A DNA stretch of 64,000 bases from Naegleria gruberi (taxonomy: Eukaryota), in NCBI GenBank assembly GCA_000004985.1, contig GG738889.1; one strand, written 5' to 3'. The position numbers were made by a program, and so were the translations under genes. Of this stretch, positions 22,907 to 32,500 are shown piece after piece. Position 1 is the stretch's first letter. Each line of letters opens with the position of its first letter. A model generated the notes under the pieces. It saw only the letters and a list, made by a program, of their open reading frames with translations, ran no database searches and had not been told where the DNA came from.

Positions 22907-24520
22907 TTAACACACTCTACTATCTAAATACCTATCAGGAATATAACAATCCATGTAGCAACTACTCATTCTAATTTGTCTTAATTCTTTTAAGAAATTC
23001 TCACCAAATAAAATTCTGTAAACTTGATTTTCTTCTCTGTATGGGTAAGGAATGATGAACCCATTCTGCTTGACAGCTTCTATAATCATCTCTGCATTGA
23101 ATTTCCATCTGTTGGAACAGAACATGAGTGCCAATCCATTCTGTCTAATTGCAGATAATGCCAATTCCCTATCTGAAGGTTTAATAAAAGGTTTCAGATA
23201 GCATAGAGAGAAGCCGTTCAGTTTTACCAGTGTATGAATAAACTCTCTATCTGAAAATACATTATCAGGTGCCTGACCAATCACTGATGGATTAATCTTG
23301 ATAGATTCACACAGAATATCTACATCACTCTTCAAAGTTTCCGATAATTGAGAATAAAGGTTTAAAATTTGATCTGGATGCTCCTGCTTCAAAGCCTGAA
23401 TAACAAACTCCTTATTTTCTTGAAGTTTCTGTGGGAACTCTTGGAATACCTTATTATTTTGTTTCAGTACTTTTAAAGCAAATTCAATGTCTCCTTTCAT
23501 TTGACCTGTTATAAACTTTAAGTTTTGAGTATCTCTATAAAGAACCTTTGAATCATTATGCAATCTCATATTTGGTGATTTCTCTTGGTTAGCAATTGAT
23601 TCGGAATATTGTTGAATTTCTGGATTTAATTCCAATAATTCTGTAGAAGCATACTCAATGGCACATGAATTTTGCTTGATAGCTTGTTTTACAATTTGTA
23701 TATTTGATTTCATTCGTTCAGATGCATAACCAAGAGCAAGCCCATTGCTGTTAATGGCTAGTTTCACTAATTCTTCATCATCATTAAAGTGGGCCACATA
23801 TCTCAAGCTTAATCCATTTTGACAGATGGCAAGTTTGACAATATCAATATCTCCTTTGAACTCTTCATTCAAATATTCCAAAACCATTCCATTTACACTA
23901 ACCACTTTTTTAATAAATTGGTAATCCTTTTTCAAGACTTCTGATGCAAATCTAAATGCAAATGTCATTTGTCTTGTGGCTTCTAAAACAATTTCTTCAT
24001 CTGATTGCATTGAAGGAGCATGGGAAAGAGCAATGCCTATCTGCTTTACAGCTTCCAAAACAATTCTTCTATCATTTCTCAATTCCAGAGGAATTTCACT
24101 AATCATTAATCCATTTTGTTTGACTGCTGACAGGGCAACATCTCTGTCATTTCTCAATTCTTCAGAGGCAAACGTCAGAGCAAATCCGCCCTGCTGACAA
24201 GCTTTCATTACAATTTCCTTATCATTCTTCCAAGAAGGAACTAAACTCAAATATTCTCTATAAACTGAAGTGTCCTTATCAACAATTGACAGGACAGTTT
24301 CTCTATTCTCAATAAATTCAATTGGAATATACAAGTGACTTCTATTGTAATGACTACTCTTCCAATTTCTTATGTGTTTATGATAGATTTCTCTATTGGT
24401 GAACCACTTTACAAAACCCTTGCTTTGCAATTGAAGTTTTGTAGTGAGAAGTGTTTGCAACGAATTGCATTCATTGAAATCAATTAACTCAATGATAACC
24501 TGTTGTTCTGCATGATGCAT
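22907..24520 (-). CDS. DUF4116-type repeat protein, 537 aa, built of tandem ~30-aa repeats of the form ...EIVL.AVKQNG.AL.YAS.ELRND...
   Basis: ATG at 24520. At least 8 repeats are visible, for example DRDVALSAVKQNGLMISEIPLELRND, RRIVLEAVKQIGIALSHAP, DIVKLAICQNGLSLRYVAH, IQIVKQAIKQNSCAIEYAS, RELALSAIRQNGLALMFCS and EMIIEAVKQNGFII. Confidence 0.6.
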   Translation of the reverse strand: MHHAEQQVIIELIDFNECNSLQTLLTTKLQLQSKGFVKWFTNREIYHKHIRNWKSSHYNRSHLYIPIEFIENRETVLSIVDKDTSVYREYLSLVPSWKNDKEIVMKACQQGGFALTFASEELRNDRDVALSAVKQNGLMISEIPLELRNDRRIVLEAVKQIGIALSHAPSMQSDEEIVLEATRQMTFAFRFASEVLKKDYQFIKKVVSVNGMVLEYLNEEFKGDIDIVKLAICQNGLSLRYVAHFNDDEELVKLAINSNGLALGYASERMKSNIQIVKQAIKQNSCAIEYASTELLELNPEIQQYSESIANQEKSPNMRLHNDSKVLYRDTQNLKFITGQMKGDIEFALKVLKQNNKVFQEFPQKLQENKEFVIQALKQEHPDQILNLYSQLSETLKSDVDILCESIKINPSVIGQAPDNVFSDREFIHTLVKLNGFSLCYLKPFIKPSDRELALSAIRQNGLALMFCSNRWKFNAEMIIEAVKQNGFIIPYPYREENQVYRILFGENFLKELRQIRMSSCYMDCYIPDRYLDSRVC

Positions 24521-25110
24521 TTTCAGTTTTTTTTCATTGAGTTTCTCTTTCGTATTATTGAAAAAATCCTAATCGATGGAATTTCTGTTTTCAGAGGATT
24601 CTCCAAGATTCTCAAGTAAGTGCATGATGGAAGTTTCTTTATCTCTTCTTAGTAGCCCAAATTACATGTTTGATGTTTCCATTTATATCTATTTGAAACA
24701 CTACCACAAAAAACATCATCAAATTCATTTTCTCTAATTTCCTCAACCTCTTAATCGTTTTTTTATATGAAATCTTCAAGTGTTGTTCATCAATTTATCA
24801 AAGAAATATATGATAAAAACCTTATCATTTCTTCTGATGCATTCCGATGATGCTCAACAATTACCAATAATAATATATCTATTTTTAAAAAATCAAACAA
24901 TATTAGCAAGGTTCATCCCGTGAACATTCCAATCCATTCTTGAGGTGTAACTTTGAATTTTACGTTCATCTATTCCTTCATTCCCTTGTTCACGCACAAC
25001 TTGTTATCTTCATCAAACGCTAGTTTTTGGGTTTTCTATTTTTTTTTAAGGCCAAAAAAATATCGCAACACGCAACCACACAGAAAGTTTTTTCTATTCT
25101 TTTGTAAAAT

Positions 25111-26055
25111 ATGGAAAGTAACAATCATACATTGATGGAAGAAAATATATCGACAGTAATGGGAAAAAATGGTAGTAGCTATGGAATTGTAGATTTACCT
25201 GGAGAAATTCTAGTACACGGAATAATACCCTTCATTTCTGAATATCATCCGAAAGATGTGATGAGACTTATTCTACTCAATCATGAAACAAAGGATAAAA
25301 TTATGGAAGGCTTGAATTCGTTCCGAATTGTTGGAAGTGAAGTTTATAAAGCAAATATTGCTAGAACCAATTTCAAGAAACCAGGAGTTGGTAGAAAAAG
25401 GGATCAACAACGAGGATTTAAATTGAATTTTTCCAAACCTAAAAAGTTGGCAACTCAAAAGGATCTGATCATGTTGGACAAGTTGAAGAATTTGAAGAGT
25501 GTAACCTTTGAATCATTGTTTTTTAACGATAAGAATAAGGAGAAAATTATTTCTGCACTCAACAAAGTAACAAACCTGTCAGAACTCAAATTTGTGAAAT
25601 GTAAGGGTTCTTTCTTGGAAATTTTGAAACCGTTCAATGAAAAATTGACTAGCTTACATTTCATAGATTGCATTGGAAGTATATTTCACTTACATGAAAC
25701 TTCATTCCCTAATTGCGTAAATCTAGTTTTTTCCACCAAGTACTTTGATGGACAACACAAAAAGTACAAATCCAAGCTCATCACTGATCTGCCTATCATC
25801 ACACCAAATTTAACTTCCCTCACTTTCATTGATAAGAGCTCTAAATCATTCTCACCTGCCACACCTTCATTTTATTCATTCATAAAACTCAAACAATTGA
25901 AAGAGTTGAATATTGACACTGCAACGTTTACATGCCCGAAGTTAAGTGAAATTTTGAACCATAACCCATCACTAAAGTGTAAACTTCCTAGTAGGTTCCA
26001 GGATTTATTAGGAAAGGCCAAAATCACAATTACAGAGCTGGAATATTTCAAATAA
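25111..26055 (+). CDS. F-box / leucine-rich-repeat-like protein, 314 aa.
   Basis: ATG start. F-box-like segment LPGEILVHGIIPFISEYHPKDVMRLILLNHETKDKI, followed by L-rich LxxLxL repeats (LKNLKSVTFESL, LTSLHFIDC, LTSLTFIDK, LKELNIDT). Confidence 0.55.
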   Translation: MESNNHTLMEENISTVMGKNGSSYGIVDLPGEILVHGIIPFISEYHPKDVMRLILLNHETKDKIMEGLNSFRIVGSEVYKANIARTNFKKPGVGRKRDQQRGFKLNFSKPKKLATQKDLIMLDKLKNLKSVTFESLFFNDKNKEKIISALNKVTNLSELKFVKCKGSFLEILKPFNEKLTSLHFIDCIGSIFHLHETSFPNCVNLVFSTKYFDGQHKKYKSKLITDLPIITPNLTSLTFIDKSSKSFSPATPSFYSFIKLKQLKELNIDTATFTCPKLSEILNHNPSLKCKLPSRFQDLLGKAKITITELEYFK

Positions 26056-26132
26056 CCAGCCACAACCTCCAAAAATCAAAATTAAAACTCTTTATTGTAC
26101 AGTAAATAAGTAAATAATATTCCGTTCCAAAA

Positions 26133-27680
26133 TTAAAGGGCTATACTGCCATTTTCATCCAATGTTTCGAAATATCCGCTAGAGTTTGCTGGTCTTGTAT
26201 ACATATCACATTTAGTTTGTTTGATTACTTTCATGGTTTCTCTGAAAAAGTTCTTGGCTCTTGTCTTGACAATCTTGTGTACTATAAAGTTTGGAAGCGA
26301 CCCTCTAAGATCTGTACCAATTAATTCAATATATTTACAATGCTCTTTTCCATCTACCATGACAGGCATGAAAATCCAAGCACCAATATCCAGGGCCTTA
26401 ATTGCATCCTTCTCCGACAATTTGTAATTTGGTGGTTCACAAGATTTCTTTGCGACAATGTACAACTTGTCAGTAGTGTCATAAACCATAGATTGAGCCA
26501 AAACATAGTACCTATTCTTAACAGGCCACACCAATTTGTAGACCTCATGGGTGAGAACAGTTGCCAATCTTGTCTTGCCAGAAAGTTTGTTCAAAGAAAG
26601 GAGGGAATCTGATGAGGCACTATGATTACTATGTGTACTATGTGGTGAGGCTGGTGGTGAATGGTTGAGTGATGACAGGGACTCACTACTCTTGTATTTT
26701 TTTGGAGGTGATGAAAGTAAATCTCCTCCAGACTTATTCAGATACCCCACAATTTTGATACTATCCAAATTCTTATCAGATGCCAATCTAATTGTAGTAT
26801 TTGTCATAATATTCATCATTTGTTCCACAGTATAAGGGAAAATGACTTGAGATTTGGCAAAGTAAATACCCTTCTTACTTTCTTCCTCTCCCAGAATGTA
26901 CTTGTTCGATGATAAAAATGCAAAACAAGTATCCTTACTATAGATGCAATCCCAGAACTTTTCTTCCAATACATGTTGTTTGATCATTTTGATTTGGTCA
27001 ACTGTAATTTCACAACTCTTCATATCCATCAATGATTCCACAAAACAGCTGTGGGAGAGATTTCTTACAGTACCAATTTGGTTCAAGAATTGTTTGCTCT
27101 TCTTGCAAACAAATTGTTTGAATGTGTCAGATTCCAAAAACATTGGAAAGACGTGTTCTTTCATATTGACTAGAATATAGCTCTCTGCTTTCTTAAGCGC
27201 TTCTTCACATTCTTGAAGATCAGAACTGTCAATATTCACCTGTTGAAGAGTTGAGTTACTGGCATTTGAAGAATTTGTTGGTGTTTTTAGAGTAATCTTG
27301 TCGTTCAGATCCATAAAGCTCTGTTCCATAACTTCCCTTGATCTTTGAGGTAAATTCAACTCGTGAACAGAATTACCACTGAAAAAAGTAATGAAAATTT
27401 GTTGCAACGCATTCCACTTATTGGCAGCAGATCGCTTTCTATAATACTCGTTAACTTGATCTAGAAACATTATACTCTCCTCGCAATGAATAATTTTCAT
27501 GAACTGCAGCAAGGCTTGTTTAGTTTCTGGTTCGTCCAGAAATGCTTCATATGAAAAACAATAATCTCTCAACGAGAGTAATAGTTTCTGTTGTTCAGTT
27601 GTGTATGTAGAGAGAGGAATGTTCGTGGTAGTAGCCGAGAAGGATTTATCAACAGCCAAGGTTGATGTTGTTGCACTCAT
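26133..27680 (-). CDS. RGS-domain protein with a C-terminal START-like domain, about 516 aa.
   Basis: The track ORF starts at a TTG at 27794. The first in-frame ATG is 27680..27678 (MSATTSTLAV). RGS-like block: LSLRDYCFSYEAFLDEPETKQALLQFMKIIHCEESIMFLDQVNEYY...WNALQQIFITFF. The C-terminal region (...YVLAQSMVYDTTDKLYIVAKKSCEPPNYK...GSLPNFIVHKIVKTRAKNFFRETMKVI) resembles a START lipid-binding fold. Confidence 0.6.
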   Translation of the reverse strand: MSATTSTLAVDKSFSATTTNIPLSTYTTEQQKLLLSLRDYCFSYEAFLDEPETKQALLQFMKIIHCEESIMFLDQVNEYYRKRSAANKWNALQQIFITFFSGNSVHELNLPQRSREVMEQSFMDLNDKITLKTPTNSSNASNSTLQQVNIDSSDLQECEEALKKAESYILVNMKEHVFPMFLESDTFKQFVCKKSKQFLNQIGTVRNLSHSCFVESLMDMKSCEITVDQIKMIKQHVLEEKFWDCIYSKDTCFAFLSSNKYILGEEESKKGIYFAKSQVIFPYTVEQMMNIMTNTTIRLASDKNLDSIKIVGYLNKSGGDLLSSPPKKYKSSESLSSLNHSPPASPHSTHSNHSASSDSLLSLNKLSGKTRLATVLTHEVYKLVWPVKNRYYVLAQSMVYDTTDKLYIVAKKSCEPPNYKLSEKDAIKALDIGAWIFMPVMVDGKEHCKYIELIGTDLRGSLPNFIVHKIVKTRAKNFFRETMKVIKQTKCDMYTRPANSSGYFETLDENGSIAL

Positions 27681-29563
27681 GATTAGTTGTTGGTTGAGTA
27701 CTGACGTTTTTTTGATATGATGAAATTGACTTGAAATAGTCCTTACTTTGAGAATCTGCCAGGCGCAAAATCCAACTCTATAGACGTTAGACAAAGTATT
27801 ATTTGGGATTCGTATGGAAAATGTTCTTTCAACACTTTTCTCTTTTCGTTTCCTAATCCTTTAGAATAACAAGCTGTTGGCAAGGAAAGTTCTTTTTGAG
27901 TAGGTGGTCAAACCCGTACGTTGAAAACCTTTCAATTTTTGATTTTTCTCAATCTGTCAAAGAGATACTAGTCTCCTTTGGTTTTCTTATCTTGCAACAA
28001 CTGTTGAGAAAAATTAATGTCGTGTTGATGAAAAATCACCGCCCAGAAATGTTGTCGTTTTTTTGTTGTGAAGATTCCTCTAACACACGCTGTCAGCACC
28101 TATCGGCAACTATCACGAACAAATTAAAATATTATAATTCAAACCTGAGCAGTGCCGGTGTTTAACACCATCCTTGCCAAAGTCCTTAAAGCCTTTTACT
28201 AAAAAGCCTGCATACAAAAAATTTGCTTTCCTTACTCGAACACTCGTTGGGCATCATCAGTGATTTCGCTCCTTTTTTTTTTAAAGTTGGACATGACGAA
28301 GTTGGTGAGCGGGAAAGTGTTTCTGTTTGAGAAAAAGATGCGGTGCATCTATTTTACAAATGTCATCAACACTTGGACATATTGGTATGATGAAGTCAGT
28401 TATTCTTATTAGTGAGTGTTTTTCACACTTTCAACATATTGAGATGATTTCTTGTATTCTGAGAAATGAAACATTTACATGAAATTGTTGGGAGTGGAGA
28501 AAGGTCAGAAGTCAAAATAGGTTTTGAATCATTTGAATCATTCCCTGAGAGAGTCACATTCCTTACCAGCCTTATTTCTTCTTCGACAATAAAATTCCTT
28601 GATCATATCCTTATCAAACTCTGATTCGTAAATATTCACATCTGATAATAATGTCAATTTCTTATCCAAATTGATTTTCCAAGAAATAGACAAGCTGAAA
28701 CTGTATGAAAAAGCAGCAGAAACTACTCCATAAAACTGAAAACCCTGTTTTGGGCAAGAAATAATTAATTCTGATGGAATAATTAAAGATAAAATACAAT
28801 TATCAAAAATTGAGAAATGTAAGGCATTATTGGTTCGTAACGTGTGATATTTGAGATTTCTACTCACACGATTATTGCATGATCCATGAAATAATATTAA
28901 ATCTCCATGCTTCCCAGCACTCGGGTCAAGGTAATAAATTACTCTCAAATAAAACATGATCACATCCAAATTCTAGGAATATTCTGATCACCTCATTGGT
29001 AACAGTAGTCATTGATTGAAATAATAAGCTTGTTCACTAGAAGCCAGTGTCTAATCTCCGAAGAAGAAGAGAAGACTGAGTAGTGATTGCCCTCCATCAT
29101 TGTCCGTTACATTAATACAACTTGAAAAAAAATAGAAATGATTTGTGCTCCTGCATCATCTCTCTCAATGCTGAACTTATCTTCACATTAATGGAATTTA
29201 CTAATATTAGTTAGTTTCCGAATACTTATTAAAAAGTCTAGAAGTGTGTTCTTCCTATTTCATGCATGAAACCTCATAATCCTTCAATTCTATCACTACC
29301 CGATATCAAGAAAGCTTCTGATGAGCAGTGATGGAACATATTCATCATCTGATCAAGTTTTGGCAATTCAACATTTCAAAACAGTAGAGAGAGGTTCAAT
29401 GAAATTACGTTTCCATCCATTCTCCTACCATGTCCAGTAATATCATTGGCCATTACTCGGAAGACATCAAACATTGTAATTTTAAAATGTGAGAGTGTCC
29501 AATGAAACTCTCAGATTGTACAATGAACCACAAAAACAACAAGAAAAAAGGTTTCATCATCAT

Positions 29564-32500
29564 ATGAGTACGAATCCATACCTTCTGCCCACTTCTTCTA
29601 CAAGTATGTTTTCATTAGGAGAGGTAGCATCAAGTAGTCAGAATGTACTTGCAGAACAATCATCATCACACTATTCGATGGGAGCAACTGGGAATGAGTA
29701 TAATCCCTCAAAAGCTGGTACCATGTCTCATACTGGCTCTGAAAGTATTAAAAGTGCTGATACACTATCAACAACAAGTGAGGGAGGAATTAGAGGTCAA
29801 ACCAAATTGCTAATTACCACAACTTTGGTCAGTTTGCAAGATAGCTCACCAAAGAAAGGATGGCGATGCTATGTTTCCTATCTATTGGTTTTTATATACA
29901 TGTTTTGGTGTCAGGTGTTTGTACCTACGTTGGGAAATTATGGTTGGGGAGAGTATGGAACCTATGTATTGATTCATGTTCTCAATTTTCCAAATACCTT
30001 TCTGGTTCATCTCATTCCATTCTATGGATATTTGGCCATCACTATTGCAACTATATTATTTGTATTAACCATGGCAGTTTTGTATATTGTGGGAGTAAGG
30101 TTGGCAACGAAACCAAACAAGCATTTTAACAAGTTCAAGGTTTTGGTTTACTATCTCAGTTTCTTTGTCAAGACTTTCTCTCTCCCTATTGTATATATTT
30201 TGGTTGGTTTATTGGATTGTAATTCTATTGCCTATGATGTAGATGGTGATCCAATCCCTTCTTTGAGAAGATATAGCTCACAATCTTGTACAGACGATTT
30301 GAATATTATCATGATGATTATATCAGTAATTTCCCTTTTGATACTGTTACCTGTTTATTTCTTTTCAGAATCTATAACGGCAAATTCCAATCCACACAAT
30401 AGAACTCCACTGATGGTTGAAAGTTCTTTTCCAACTTCAATTATTGGAGTAATTTCATTGATACAACTAATTATTGGCCAACTGATACCAAGCAATTACA
30501 TGTACATATCTGCTGCCTTACAATTATTACTCAGTGTGATAGCAACCATTATTGCTGGTTATTCACTTCCTTGTTTCAGAATAATTGATAATTCTCTTTA
30601 TTTTGGTATGAATTTGGCTAAAGTAGGAGCAAGTATTGGATCCGTGGTGGCGTCCTCTCTTAATACTGCAAATATATTGAATACATCAGATCCAACACTG
30701 GGCTGGTCTCTCATGACCTTGGGATTGATGATTCTATTCTTTGTTATTGGAGTGGCTATTTTGGAAGTTTTCCAAAGAATTCAACTGAAAAGAGCTAGAA
30801 GTTTTATACTGAACTGGGTTCAACAAGATGAAACAGCTATTAACTCTGATCCTATTTCTCCACTCATTCTCATAGAAAAGAATGCCATGAATATATATGG
30901 CGATGCAGAAGATGCCAAGCTGTTGGGTCTATTGAGACACATGTTCAAGTGTTCCATTCTAGAGGCAAGGGATGCCAAAGGCACTTCATACACTAATAGT
31001 GACTTGTCTTCAGCATTTGTGAAGGGAGCAGCTAGTCACAACTCATTCAATGACCTCAAGTTATTGATTTATTCGTCAATATTATTGGAGACTAAATGGA
31101 ATGAAAGCAATAATACTGTCTTTTCTCTCAACCTACTCAAACGTGCAATGAAACAACATCCAAATGGATTAGAGCAAATTACTATACGGGAGAGAATTAA
31201 GCAAGTTGAGAACTTTTCTCAAACCAACTTTAAGAATTTAACCAATTTTGAATTGAGCTCTCAACTCGACTTGCTAGAAAAGAATCAAAACATTCTTCTA
31301 ACTTTGCACAGAAACTTTTGGAAGGAGTTGGCATCTGAAAAGATCAATTATGATTCTGTTGAAAAAATCAATCGTGCCATTCATTCTCTCACTATTGATT
31401 GTAGGACAACACTTCAAAATTTAATGTACAACCACAAAAATAACAAGACAATTTACAGATTATATGCCAATTTCATTGAAAGTTTTGAGTTTGACAGCGA
31501 CTTGGCCCAACAATACTATAACGAAGCCAATTCTATTGAAGAGGAGGAAATGAAAAGAAAGAGAAGAATGTCAACCTTTAGTAATAATGGAAAGAGAGGT
31601 GGTAATCGTGTTGTTCCTGTCATGAATGAATACAAATTTGGAAATGCAGAGGCAGTTGAAGATCAAGATTTAGATGAGATGGAAAGTGCCTTTGATAATC
31701 CAAAGGTAAAAAAGGAGCAAGTTTTCAAAACAGCCATCTCAAATCAAAGATCCAATAGATTCGTATTCACATCAACTCTATTATATGGCTTGCTATGTTT
31801 CAGTTTTATCACTGCATCGTTAGTACTTAGTGTTTATTACTCTAAAACTTCCAAGAACAATATTCCTTACTTGCAACAGGTTTGCGCAGTTAGTGTAGCT
31901 CCATTCTCAGTATTTAGAAATGTCAGGGCTGGTCAGAACTGGATGAACTTTTACATGCTTTTTGAAAATGTTTGGCCAGCTATTAATCCTGAATCAAATA
32001 CCAAAACAAGATCAAAATCAAGCTATGTCACAAGTCACAAACAAAGAATGTTAGACGATTTGGCTTATTATGATACTCTCGTTTCTACAGCTCAAAGTAA
32101 GATATTCGATAGTGACTCATATATCGACTATTCAGAAAATGTTTATCCATTTGCATACCCAAATGAAGACAAACAGTTTAACTATAATGGAGCTTTAACT
32201 ATTAGAAATATTTCAGTTCAAGAAATTACCAATAATATGATCAAGTACACTAAGAAATTCTACGCAGACGTACCAGACACATATTTATTGGCCTCTGAAG
32301 CTATTAATATCACATATGCCAAGAAGAAACTCAATCTTGACTTGGCAGCAAATTCTACCTATTTTAATCCATTGGCAAACTATAATTTTATGGTTTTGTA
32401 TAGTAATATTGAGAGAGCTAGTAATGCCTATGATGCATTTTGTGGAAAATATCTCGATAGATCAACAAGTACAATTAATGATACCATCAATCTTTTGATC

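Noticed and set aside
28538-28969. 143-aa minus-strand ORF upstream of the cyclase gene.
   Set aside because: No recognisable motif and a weak context. It could be real but I cannot support it.
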